A stretch of DNA of 64,000 nt from Candidatus Woesearchaeota archaeon (GTDB taxonomy: Archaea > Nanobdellota > Nanobdellia > Pacearchaeales > GW2011-AR1): assembly GCA_964578845.1 (NCBI GenBank), contig CAZOEF010000003.1, positions 74,137 through 138,136 on the forward strand, written 5' to 3'. Under the pieces are notes generated by a model. The model worked only from the letters and a program-made list of their open reading frames with translations. It was not told the DNA's origin and ran no database searches. Below, one piece after another: positions 16,907-25,533 of the stretch. Positions within the stretch are counted from its first letter, which is position 1. Each line of letters begins with the position of its first letter. The position numbers were made by a program, and so were the translations under genes.

Positions 16907-17236
16907 ATGGCAGCAGAAGCAAAGACAGGTTGGGTCAAGATGAAGCCTGCAGAAATTGAGAATAAGGTAGTAGAGTTAGCTAAAGCAGGAAATTCCCCTG
17001 AGAAAATAGGCTTGATCCTAAGGGACGAATATGGGATACCAAAAGTAAAAGTCATTGGAAAAAAGCTTACTAAAATACTGAAGGAAAATGGAATAGACAA
17101 GAATTCTGAGATAGACAATACAAGTAAGAAGATAGACAAGTTAGTCAAGCACGCTGAAAAGCACAAGCATGATTATTATGCTAAAAGGGCTATAGTTAAA
17201 ATGAACGCTCGCCTTAAAAAGATGAAGGCTGCTTAA
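16907..17236 (+). CDS. rps15: ribosomal protein uS15 (S13e type), short form
   Basis: 109 aa. Motifs are WVKMKPAEIENKVVELAKAGNSPEKIGLILRDEYGIPKVK and the C-terminal HKHDYYAKRAIVKMNARLKKM. Confidence 0.8.
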   Translation: MAAEAKTGWVKMKPAEIENKVVELAKAGNSPEKIGLILRDEYGIPKVKVIGKKLTKILKENGIDKNSEIDNTSKKIDKLVKHAEKHKHDYYAKRAIVKMNARLKKMKAA

Positions 17237-17276
17237 AGCCAAGGATTTTTAAAAATCAGAACAATTATTCTGAAAG

Positions 17277-18593
17277 ATGATAGAAAAAATAAAAGAGATG
17301 GTGAAGACACTGAATAAGTTGTCAGTTAGCAAGAGTATCAAAGTGATAAGCCATCATGATACTGATGGGATAACTTCTGCCGCCATATTCTCAAAGGCCT
17401 TGCAAAGATGGAATAAGAGATTCTCTCTTGAGATAGTAAAGAACCTTGAGGATGATTTTATAGAAGATCTTCCGGAAGATAGGATATTGATATTCCTGGA
17501 TCTTGCTTCGGGCAGTCTTCCGCAAATATCAAAAAAGAAAACAGAGGTATTCATCCTTGATCATCACGAGATAGCTCATGACATTCCGGATAATGTCACA
17601 ATTATCAACCCTCGCTCCTTAGATCAGGAAAATGTTGCCGCGTCAGCAATTTGTTATCTTTTTGCCAAAACAGTCTCAGAAGCAAATAAGGATTTAGCTA
17701 ACCTTGCAGTCATAGGAATGGTTGGCGACATGATGGAAAAAAATATTGGAAAAGTCTATGACGAGATAATTAAGGATGCAGAGGCACAGGTAAGGAGGGG
17801 AATAATGCTATATCCGGCAACGCGTCCCCTCGACAGGGTAATATCTACATCATTCGGCTTGTACATCCCTGGAGTTACCGGATCATATAAGGCTTCAGTG
17901 GAGTTATTGAGGGATGCTGGAATAGCAAAGACTCCCAGAGGTTACAAGAGTCTTGCCGAGCTTACAGATGAAGAGATGTCCAGGTTAGGAACTTCAATAA
18001 TGCTTAAAAAAATAGGTGAAGCAGGAAATCCTGACGTTGTAGGTAATATATATTTAGTAAAATTCTTCAATCATGTTGAGGATGCACGGGAGATTTCTGC
18101 AATTATCAACGCCTGCAGCAGGATGGGCCATTCAGACGTGGCCCTCGGATTATGCTTAGGAAATAAGGAAATAAAAAAAGAGGCGGAAAAAGTGCATGCT
18201 AAGTACAAGAAGACTATCTCTTCAGCCCTTGAACAGGTATCAGAGATGGAAAAAATATCAGGAAAAAACTATACTATAGTCAACGCACAGGACAAGTTAA
18301 GGGACACCATAGTCGGCACAGTTGCTTCAATAATGTCATTTTCTCCGCTTTATCCTGAGGGCACTGTGATAATAGCGATGGCCTATAATGAGAATAAGAT
18401 TAAGGTCTCAGCAAGGCTTGCCGGAAGAAAGGGAAGAAATGTTAGGGAGATACTCCATAAGGCGACTGTTCCATTGACAACAGAAGTAGGGGGGCATCCT
18501 AATGCTGCCGGCTGCCTAGTCCCAAGAGAAAAAGAGAAAGAATTGATTGAGAACCTGAAGAATACTCTTGAAATAGAGCTAGTAAAAATCTAA
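17277..18593 (+). CDS. archaeal RecJ/GAN-like DHH-DHHA1 phosphoesterase
   Basis: 438 aa with SHHDTDGITS, LDHHE and GGHPNAAG motifs. It sits directly after uS15, a linkage known in archaea. Confidence 0.75.
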   Translation: MIEKIKEMVKTLNKLSVSKSIKVISHHDTDGITSAAIFSKALQRWNKRFSLEIVKNLEDDFIEDLPEDRILIFLDLASGSLPQISKKKTEVFILDHHEIAHDIPDNVTIINPRSLDQENVAASAICYLFAKTVSEANKDLANLAVIGMVGDMMEKNIGKVYDEIIKDAEAQVRRGIMLYPATRPLDRVISTSFGLYIPGVTGSYKASVELLRDAGIAKTPRGYKSLAELTDEEMSRLGTSIMLKKIGEAGNPDVVGNIYLVKFFNHVEDAREISAIINACSRMGHSDVALGLCLGNKEIKKEAEKVHAKYKKTISSALEQVSEMEKISGKNYTIVNAQDKLRDTIVGTVASIMSFSPLYPEGTVIIAMAYNENKIKVSARLAGRKGRNVREILHKATVPLTTEVGGHPNAAGCLVPREKEKELIENLKNTLEIELVKI

Positions 18594-18613
18594 GATTTGC
18601 TTAGTAAATCTTA
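18591..18613 (+). terminator. 8-bp perfect hairpin at the end of the RecJ-like gene
   Basis: The hairpin is TAAGATTT-GCTTAGT-AAATCTTA and includes the stop codon. A T-run follows at about 18622. Confidence 0.3.
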
Positions 18614-18713
18614 AACTGAAGTTTTAATTCCTAAATAAAAGTAGATAATTGAATAAAACAAAGGTCTAAGATTACGTAGTAATCTTTAAAAGATACCCTA
18701 AATACCCTTTTCT

Positions 18714-18935
18714 ATGGATAACCACATAGATTCTCAAGTAAACAATCTTATTGAGAAGGACATAAAGCTAGATACTGGTAAGTTCATCAAGATCAAATGC
18801 ACCAGGTGCGGCAAGAATCACGTGACTTATGGCAAGGCATCCACTAGAGTCAAATGTAAAGGATGTAATAAGCTATTGATTAAACCAAAGGGAGGGAAGG
18901 CTAAAATAAGGGCCTTGATTGAGAAAGTACTATGA
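18714..18935 (+). CDS. rps27e: ribosomal protein eS27 (S27e), zinc ribbon
   Basis: 73 aa with CTRCGKNH...CKGCNKLL. It has an ATGA overlap with aIF2-alpha. Confidence 0.8.
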   Translation: MDNHIDSQVNNLIEKDIKLDTGKFIKIKCTRCGKNHVTYGKASTRVKCKGCNKLLIKPKGGKAKIRALIEKVL

Positions 18936-19627
18936 TAAAAGAAGAAGATGTTGTCCTATGCACAGTAAAAAGAATTGAAGGGACTACAGTTTTTGTGGAG
19001 ATTGAAGGCAATGGAGAAGGGACTATAATTTTCTCAGAGGTATCTCCCGGTAGGATAAGGAACATCAGGGAATTCGTTGTTCCTAACAAGAAAATAGTAT
19101 GTAAAGTGTTAAGGATGAAAGATGGCCATCCGCAGCTTAGCCTTAGAAGAGTGACTGCAGGAGAAAGAGATGAGGTAATGGATCGCTACAAGAAAGAAAA
19201 AGTCCTTGAGAATATGATCAAGCCTGTCCTTAAGGAAAAAACTGCTCAGGCTTTAGAGAAAATAAAAGAAAAATATGAGCTGGCTGATTTTCTTGACGAG
19301 GCAAGGGAGGATCCTCAGCTGATTAAAAAGTTCTTTTCAAATAGTGATAGCGAAGAGCTTATGAAAATATTCACAGAGAAAAAGGAGAAAGAGAAAGAAG
19401 TCAAAAAAGAGATAACTCTTAAGACGAATGCAGAATCAGGAGTTGAAGATATAAAGCATGTGCTTGACGTTGAGGCTAATATATATTATAACGGCTCATC
19501 CAAATTCTCAATCATAACAAAAGCTAAAGACTACAAGAAAGCTAATTCATTGATGGAGCGAGTCATTGAAGAGATCAGGCAAAGAGCAAAACAGCATAAG
19601 GTAACTTTAGAGATAAAGGAAAAATGA
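18932..19627 (+). CDS. eif2a: translation initiation factor aIF2 alpha subunit
   Basis: 231 aa with an N-terminal S1/OB segment (VVLCTVKRIEGTTVFVEIEG...CKVLRMKDGHPQLSLRRV). It sits in the canonical S27e-aIF2a-Nop10 order. Confidence 0.8.
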   Translation: MIKEEDVVLCTVKRIEGTTVFVEIEGNGEGTIIFSEVSPGRIRNIREFVVPNKKIVCKVLRMKDGHPQLSLRRVTAGERDEVMDRYKKEKVLENMIKPVLKEKTAQALEKIKEKYELADFLDEAREDPQLIKKFFSNSDSEELMKIFTEKKEKEKEVKKEITLKTNAESGVEDIKHVLDVEANIYYNGSSKFSIITKAKDYKKANSLMERVIEEIRQRAKQHKVTLEIKEK

Positions 19628-19746
19628 AACTCCGCTACTACTTAGATAAAAAAGGAAATAAAATTTACACGTTAAAAGAAGGCAAGGATACTAAAGAAGC
19701 GCATTACAAATTCATAAAATTGAAGAACGCTCCTAAGTCAAAATAA
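19624..19746 (+). CDS. nop10: Nop10-like H/ACA RNP mini-protein (40 aa, no Zn ribbon)
   Basis: Hand-translated MKLRYYLDKKGNKIYTLKEGKDTKEAHYKFIKLKNAPKSK. The Y-x-L...G-x-x-IYTLK...AH pattern is present. It has an ATGA overlap with aIF2-alpha and is below the ORF-track cutoff. Confidence 0.55.
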   Translation: MKLRYYLDKKGNKIYTLKEGKDTKEAHYKFIKLKNAPKSK

Positions 19747-20964
19747 TTTCTTCTGCTTCTCAGGCAATTGCACTTGTCCATAAATCCCATCATATCCTGG
19801 CTTGACTTTAAGGTTTCCATTTCTATTATATATGATTAGCTCGCTAAGTTTTTCATCAACTTCTTTTTTCAAGAGTTCTTCTTTTGATATTTTCAATAAG
19901 ATATTGAATTCATTATCGAAATCTTCTATTAATTTATCATAAATAGCCCAGACACGTTTTGAAGTCATGCTGTTTCCAATATGCAAAGAGATCAGTTCAT
20001 GCAGCGGCAGTATCTTAAAGAATTCTACTCCGTTGTCAGCCCTGAATCCTTCTGGTTTTTCAGCAATTTCTTCAATTCTGTATTCGACGCCAATAGTGAG
20101 TTTCTTCTTGCACACAGGACACATTCCTTCAAGTTTCTTTGTCTTAGCTGGAGAGCATGAAAAATTACAATTCCTATGCCCGTCCCAGTGGTACTTGCCA
20201 TAATCTGGCGGAGTCTCTATTGTTGACTTAAGTCCTTGTCCAGTCCTTACTGCTTTCTTGAAATTTTCATAACTTAGTTCATTAAAGTCAAATATAGTTG
20301 CTTCCCTTCCAAGTCTCCATGGCCAGAATGAATGTGCATCAGAGAAACTTACGACTCTTGCTTTTCCTTCTGCTACTTCCTTAAATCTCCATAACATTGA
20401 TGGATCAGCACTCATTCCAGACTCGATTGCATGGATTTTATCACTCATATCTTCAAAACATTCTTCTAAAGAATTAAAACCGCTGTCGCTGCCAAATAAT
20501 CCAAACCAAGGCGTCATGCAATGCGCGGGAATTATCTCTATGTCATCGCTTATTTCTTTTAAATCATGGGCTAGATTCCTGCAAGTCATTCCAAAAATAG
20601 GCCGCCCGTCATAATCCAGCCTCCCTTTGCTTCCCAAATAATCGATAATCTTGTCAGCGGTTTTCCCATTAGGTGCGAATATCAAAAGATGGACTGCCCT
20701 CCTTCCATTTTTGGAAAACATCAGGCTAACTTCAGTCTGCCAGATAAAAGCCATTCCCGATTCATGCCATAAAATTCCTCTATCATCTTCTTTTAACTTT
20801 TCTTTTATTTCTTTATTCCATTCAGGATGCTGGAAATCTCCTGTGCCCATCAGGTTTAATCCCTTTATCTTTCCCCATTTGGCAAGATTATCAATATCTA
20901 TATTCTTGGAGGTCGCTCGCGCAAAACGCGAATGTATCTGTAAATCTGCTACATATTCCATCAT
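19738..20964 (-). CDS. PHP-domain endonuclease Q-like protein (TIGR00375 type)
   Basis: The start is set at MMEYVADLQIHSRFARATS (ATG 20962-20964) rather than the track's 21180. Other motifs are GLNLMGTGDFQHPEW and the Zn-finger-like CPVCKKKLTIGVEYRIEEI. Confidence 0.65.
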   Translation of the reverse strand: MMEYVADLQIHSRFARATSKNIDIDNLAKWGKIKGLNLMGTGDFQHPEWNKEIKEKLKEDDRGILWHESGMAFIWQTEVSLMFSKNGRRAVHLLIFAPNGKTADKIIDYLGSKGRLDYDGRPIFGMTCRNLAHDLKEISDDIEIIPAHCMTPWFGLFGSDSGFNSLEECFEDMSDKIHAIESGMSADPSMLWRFKEVAEGKARVVSFSDAHSFWPWRLGREATIFDFNELSYENFKKAVRTGQGLKSTIETPPDYGKYHWDGHRNCNFSCSPAKTKKLEGMCPVCKKKLTIGVEYRIEEIAEKPEGFRADNGVEFFKILPLHELISLHIGNSMTSKRVWAIYDKLIEDFDNEFNILLKISKEELLKKEVDEKLSELIIYNRNGNLKVKPGYDGIYGQVQLPEKQKKLF

Positions 20965-21045
20965 TCTTTCAAAACAAACCTGTTTTAATAATTTTACAAT
21001 TATCAGCACAACAATATTTAAAAAACAATCATTCCAGAAATTAGA

Positions 21046-21615
21046 ATGGTCAAAGAAAGAACACTTATTCTTATCAAGCACGATGGCGTTGCACGAGGTC
21101 TGATTGGAAGGATATTGACAAGGATTGAGGATATTGGACTTAAGGTAACTGCTATGAAGATGATTTGGGCTGATGAGCATTTAGCAGGCAATCATTATTT
21201 TTTGGATGAAGAATGGGCGAGGAATGTCTATGAAAAAACAAAGAAGACACGCGAAGCAGCAGGAGAGGAGTTTCCTTTTAGTAATCATATGGAATATGGG
21301 GGGATGATCCAATCCTGGAACAAAAAATTCCTGCAGGAAGGCCCTGTTGTAGCGATTATAGCTGAAGGTCCTCATGCAATAGAGATAGTCAGAAAGATTG
21401 TCGGCTCAACCGAGCCAAGGCAAGCCTCTCCTGGGACGATTCGGGGTGATTTCGCAATGACAGAGTCTTATGCGTTAGCAAATGACAAAGAGCGTGTACT
21501 GAGGAATTTAGTACATGCTTCAGACTCTGTCAATAGCGCGGAAAGAGAAATATCTCTATGGTTCAAGCCGGAAGAGATCCATTCATATTCAAAAGAGCTT
21601 GATAAGCATTTATAA
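21046..21615 (+). CDS. ndk: nucleoside diphosphate kinase (with insertion)
   Basis: 189 aa with ERTLILIKHDGVARGLIG, GSTEPRQASPGTIRGDF and NLVHASDS. Confidence 0.85.
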   Translation: MVKERTLILIKHDGVARGLIGRILTRIEDIGLKVTAMKMIWADEHLAGNHYFLDEEWARNVYEKTKKTREAAGEEFPFSNHMEYGGMIQSWNKKFLQEGPVVAIIAEGPHAIEIVRKIVGSTEPRQASPGTIRGDFAMTESYALANDKERVLRNLVHASDSVNSAEREISLWFKPEEIHSYSKELDKHL

Positions 21616-21616
21616 G

Positions 21617-21904
21617 ATGTCATCACCTAGTATGAGAAAGGCCTATAGGGCATCAAGGAGAATTACAAGAGAGCACGGGCTGACTGACAGAGTTGTTAAA
21701 AGGTTCTATCCAACTTACAACTCGAGAAGTCCATTAGAAAATATGCCTGATGAAGTATTATTGAAATCTCTCTTAGAGGAGCAGGATATTCTCTCGCAAT
21801 ATCTTAGTGTTGCTCAACACGATGCTCAATCTACCAAAAGAGAACTAGATGAGATGAGATCCGCTTATGGACCTCTTCCAGGATCTTATAGACCTAACGA
21901 TTAA
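21617..21904 (+). CDS. Arg-rich orphan protein (95 aa)
   Basis: The ATG lies 1 nt after the ndk stop. Arg far exceeds Lys, unlike the neighbours. No family recognised. Confidence 0.4.
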   Translation: MSSPSMRKAYRASRRITREHGLTDRVVKRFYPTYNSRSPLENMPDEVLLKSLLEEQDILSQYLSVAQHDAQSTKRELDEMRSAYGPLPGSYRPND

Positions 21905-21934
21905 ATCTAAAAACTAATTCGTCCCACTAAATTT

Positions 21935-22006
21935 GTCCCCGTAGTTTAGTGGATAGAATATAACCTTGCGGAGGTTAGGACCGGAGTTCAATTCTCCGCG
22001 GGGACG
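21935..22006 (+). tRNA. tRNA-Arg: tRNA-Arg (anticodon GCG)
   Basis: GTCCCCGTAGTTTAGTGGATAGAATATAACCTTGCGGAGGTTAGGACCGGAGTTCAATTCTCCGCGGGGACG folds as a cloverleaf with anticodon loop TTGCGGA and T-loop TTCAATT. Confidence 0.9.
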
Positions 22007-22432
22007 TTAAGCAATAGAATGGACAAGAGACGGAGATTCCTGAGTATGTCTCGCCACTATTTGTCTTGTAGTTTCAACAGATTCTTCCATCTGATGGAAT
22101 GTTATCTCCATGCGTTGAATACTAGGATCCTGCCCTAACGGTAATGGTTCTCTTTCATGGGGCCAGTAAGAAACGCTTCCCTGATACTCGAGCATTGCAG
22201 TCCCTCCTTGGGTCCTGAACAATTGCCACCCATAATTGCCATGGGGACCCCATTGATCACGGTAGACCAGATGATTATTTCCCTGGTTCTCTTGAATAGG
22301 TTCTCCTAGAAAGACATTTTCTCTTAATTCTCTATAAATAGAAGGCAACTTAGACCTATCTGGACTAACAATCCCACTTTCAGGACTATTACTATATTTA
22401 TCCCAAGTAGCAATTACTTTCAATGAATCCAT
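22007..22432 (-). CDS. orphan protein, Lys-poor (141 aa)
   Basis: The stop codon abuts the tRNA-Arg 3' end. About 3 Lys versus about 9 Arg. Local GC is about 43-48% in the two 60-nt windows I counted. Confidence 0.45.
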   Translation of the reverse strand: MDSLKVIATWDKYSNSPESGIVSPDRSKLPSIYRELRENVFLGEPIQENQGNNHLVYRDQWGPHGNYGWQLFRTQGGTAMLEYQGSVSYWPHEREPLPLGQDPSIQRMEITFHQMEESVETTRQIVARHTQESPSLVHSIA

Positions 22433-22460
22433 AATAATCAGGTTATCATAAGCCTAATAT

Positions 22461-23048
22461 TTATACATTGTTATTATGTCTTATAATAATCTCAACCTTA
22501 AAAAATTCCTTGCCTTCAGAAAAATGATTGACATATTTCACAAAACTAAAAGTATCTTCATCTGCTTTGACTAGGCATAGAATATTTCCATCAACCCCGA
22601 ATATCAACGGCTCTCCGTCTCCTTTTGTATAAATAGTGCTTCCTCCAAAATCACTGTTCCATCCATCAGAGAAAATAAAGAAAGCTTCAGTCCTTTTTCC
22701 AGGATTTATCTCATCGTGAATGATTGAAAAATCCCTGTGCTTGAATTTCAATATTCTAAAATCAATCTTATTTATTTTCTTTCCAATTATCTCGCTTAGG
22801 AAATTAATCAATGCTCCAGATTGTAAAAATTCTTTTAATTTTTCAGGAGCCTCAATAACAGAATGTGAATATCTGTCAGGAATATATTCTTCTTTTGCAT
22901 TCGCTTGCTTCAGTTCATTTAAAGACTCTGAATAAAATTCTTTTGACAAGAAATCCTTCAGTAAAATGTTTCCATTTCTGGAAAAGTGCTCTGCCATTTG
23001 TGACGCGATACTACTATAACTATATAATGAATTGATTGGTTTATCCAT
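22461..23048 (-). CDS. Ofd1/OGFOD1 C-terminal (CTDD-like) double-stranded beta-helix domain protein
   Basis: FSIIHDE...GWNSDFGGSTIYTKGDGEPL...LCLVKADEDTFSFVKYVNH parallels the OGFOD1/Tpa1 C-terminal domain. The likely start is the ATG in the TAATG overlap at 23046-23048; the track ORF starts at 23060. Confidence 0.6.
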   Translation of the reverse strand: MDKPINSLYSYSSIASQMAEHFSRNGNILLKDFLSKEFYSESLNELKQANAKEEYIPDRYSHSVIEAPEKLKEFLQSGALINFLSEIIGKKINKIDFRILKFKHRDFSIIHDEINPGKRTEAFFIFSDGWNSDFGGSTIYTKGDGEPLIFGVDGNILCLVKADEDTFSFVKYVNHFSEGKEFFKVEIIIRHNNNV

Positions 23049-23653
23049 TAGTGCAGCCATCCTCCTATTGCTACTCTATCTTTTTCAGAAATATTTTCTC
23101 CAACACTATGGAATGAAATCGGTGATACCTCGAACATCATAAGCCCATTGAACTTAGGAGGATAATTCTTCACACTTTTAGTGGGCCTTCCATTCTCATT
23201 CTCAAATAAATTAAATTCTGCCCCTTCTTCTTCAGTAAAATCTTCACTTAAATACAGAATATAAGCTATCTTCCGTTCCTCAATCTGGTCATCATGGCAA
23301 AGAAGATAATCTCCTGATTGATACAAGCTTCCTGCCAGATTAATAGCTCCGGGTTTTACAGAAATTCCTGTGATTTTCATAGCAAATTCCGAGAATTCCT
23401 TAGAATTAACTAATAAATAAAAGCTCTTCAACAATTCATTTCCTGATTCAGAAAGGTCATTGGTCTGCTTCAAAGAAAAAAGATCACTGTCTTTTACATA
23501 GAATTCTTCTGTAGATAATGCCTCATTTAGTTGCAATGCCTTCTCTTCACTCAGGAAAAAATGCTTGTATAGCTCAGCCGAATCAAATTCCTTCCTCAAC
23601 TCATTAATCTTATCTTCATCCAAATATTTAGGATTTATCCATTGCTTTAACAT
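23048..23653 (-). CDS. OGFOD1/Tpa1/Ofd1-type 2OG-Fe(II) oxygenase catalytic domain (ribosomal uS12 prolyl hydroxylase family)
   Basis: YLLCHDDQIEERKIAYILYL ... MMFEVSPISFHSVGEN...RVAIGGWLH matches the HxD...H and RxS signature region of this family. Confidence 0.7.
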   Translation of the reverse strand: MLKQWINPKYLDEDKINELRKEFDSAELYKHFFLSEEKALQLNEALSTEEFYVKDSDLFSLKQTNDLSESGNELLKSFYLLVNSKEFSEFAMKITGISVKPGAINLAGSLYQSGDYLLCHDDQIEERKIAYILYLSEDFTEEEGAEFNLFENENGRPTKSVKNYPPKFNGLMMFEVSPISFHSVGENISEKDRVAIGGWLH

Positions 23654-23683
23654 AGATGTGAAGGATTAATACGGTTTAAAAAA

Positions 23684-24022
23684 CTAATTACCCATAACCT
23701 CAGCGACCATCTTAAAGTAATCTAATTCGTCATTATTAAGATAACCTTTCTTTTCATCTTCTGCCAAGACTCTGGGAAGGCAATCAACACCCAAGTTCAT
23801 TCCCGCATACCTTACAAGTTTCGCCGGATCAGTAATAGGCTCTCTGCATTCAAGGCATTTAACAGGCTTTCCATGATGCCCCATATAAGCCTGGCTTTCT
23901 CTTGTTAGAATATCTCTAAGCTCTTCGGAAGATAATCTCTTGAGAGCTGGCACATTTAACGTTCCTAAACCTCTAGGATTTAACGAATCTACTATTACAA
24001 AATCACTCAAAGTTCTACTCAT
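23684..24022 (-). CDS. hypothetical 112-aa protein coupled to radA
   Basis: It overlaps the radA 3' end by 8 nt on the same strand. It has a CLECREP...DCLP Cys pattern. No family recognised. Confidence 0.45.
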   Translation of the reverse strand: MSRTLSDFVIVDSLNPRGLGTLNVPALKRLSSEELRDILTRESQAYMGHHGKPVKCLECREPITDPAKLVRYAGMNLGVDCLPRVLAEDEKKGYLNNDELDYFKMVAEVMGN

Positions 24023-25004
24023 CCTTCACTCCGCCTTCAGTAACAAAGAACTGCGCCTCATTATCAGGTAGATTAGGAGAATCTATTAGTTTAGCAACTC
24101 TGCTTCCTGCTTTTCCCCTTCTTAAGTACATTCTGTAAGTGGATGCGTGACCTACAATGTTTCCTCCGATTGCTGTGGTAGGATCTCCAAACATCATCGC
24201 AGGATTGCTCATTACCTGGTTTGTGACATAAATAGCCAAGTTATGCTGCTCAGCTAATTTCATCAGATTATGCAAATACCTGTTAAGTCTCTGCTGTCTG
24301 TCTGCTAACTGTCCTCTTCCTGAAAATTCTGCCCTGAAATGCGCAGTAAGAGAATCTATCACCACGAGTTTGATTGGTTCACCACCCTTTATCATCTCAG
24401 TTATCTTATCTAGCAATAAAATCTGGTGGTCTGAATTAAATGCCCTTGCGACTAATATATTTTTCAACACTTTTTCAGAATTTGCTCCGATAGATTCAGA
24501 GATCTGCCTTATCCTATCAGGCCTGAATGTTCCCTCTGTGTCAATATAGACAGATTTTCCATTAGCTCCGCCTTGTTCAACAGGTAATTGTGCATTGACC
24601 GCTAAAGTCAAGCCTAACTGAGTCTTACCTGAGCCAAAAGCCCCATAAGCCTCAGTTATAGCTTTCGTTTCAACACCTTTTCCACCCAGAAGACCATTTA
24701 AACCAGCACTTCCTGTAGTAATATAACCTATATCTTTTCTCTTCCTGTCATATTCAGCTCCATCAGTGAAGCCTAAATTCATCATCCCTCTTGCTGCCTG
24801 AATTGCTTTTCTTGCAACTGCAGCTCCAACTCCTGCAAGCTCAGACAAGTCTGTAGGAGACATTACAGCTAAGCCCATCAGATCATAAACTCCTGCAGCC
24901 TCAAGTTTTGTGGCTATTCCAGGACCTATTCCAGGAATATCTGTCAATCCATATTCCTTCTCTTCCTCTTCAACTTGAACCATTTCTTCTTTACTTTTTG
25001 CCAT
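24015..25004 (-). CDS. radA: DNA repair and recombination protein RadA
   Basis: 329 aa with an N-terminal HhH (LTDIPGIGPGIATKLEAAG), Walker A GAFGSGKTQ and Walker B LVVIDS. Confidence 0.95.
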   Translation of the reverse strand: MAKSKEEMVQVEEEEKEYGLTDIPGIGPGIATKLEAAGVYDLMGLAVMSPTDLSELAGVGAAVARKAIQAARGMMNLGFTDGAEYDRKRKDIGYITTGSAGLNGLLGGKGVETKAITEAYGAFGSGKTQLGLTLAVNAQLPVEQGGANGKSVYIDTEGTFRPDRIRQISESIGANSEKVLKNILVARAFNSDHQILLLDKITEMIKGGEPIKLVVIDSLTAHFRAEFSGRGQLADRQQRLNRYLHNLMKLAEQHNLAIYVTNQVMSNPAMMFGDPTTAIGGNIVGHASTYRMYLRRGKAGSRVAKLIDSPNLPDNEAQFFVTEGGVKDE

Positions 25005-25059
25005 TTTTACTAAATGAAGGAAGCACTTTATAAACTTTTTAGCGCTTCATCATACACAT

Positions 25060-25509
25060 TCAGATAAAAATCAATATTATAAATATGACGTCCAGAATTG
25101 AGAACGTTACAAAAATGGTTTCCTCTACAATTCCGCTTACTTTAACTTTTCCTTTTAGCTCAACTTTATGCGGCCAGAAAGGCCTTATGCCTTCGACAGT
25201 CCATGAATCAGCTAACAGGTGTAAAGCATATCCAAGAAAAAATGGCAAAGCCAAAATAGGGATGTAAAAAGCTAATAGAAAAGAGATTATTACGCAAATA
25301 GTAAAGCTATGTAAAATTCCTCTATGCTTGATAAACCATTGCAATGGCTTGAACATCCATTTTTTCCCCATCAAAGAAAATCCAGTGTCTATATCAGGCA
25401 GGACACTCGCAAGCAATACAACTGGAACAAATATCAATTTGTTATTGACATGCGGCAGGAAGAAAACAATTGCGAACACACCTATTGCCAAATGAGTCTT
25501 TGATAACAT
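25060..25509 (-). CDS. membrane-bound metal-dependent hydrolase, YdjM/DUF457 family
   Basis: 149 aa starting MLSKTHLAIG, with multiple TM helices and conserved His/Asp positions (LPDIDT, HRGILHS). Confidence 0.6.
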   Translation of the reverse strand: MLSKTHLAIGVFAIVFFLPHVNNKLIFVPVVLLASVLPDIDTGFSLMGKKWMFKPLQWFIKHRGILHSFTICVIISFLLAFYIPILALPFFLGYALHLLADSWTVEGIRPFWPHKVELKGKVKVSGIVEETIFVTFSILDVIFIILIFI

Positions 25510-25533
25510 TGAGTAACAAAAAGACCTAAAGAT

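Noticed and set aside
20965-21180. The 72-codon N-terminal extension of the EndoQ-like ORF (track start 21180).
   Set aside because: The extension overlaps the ndk gene and its promoter region. It has no similarity to the PHP N-terminus, which begins right at MMEYVADLQIHS (ATG 20964).
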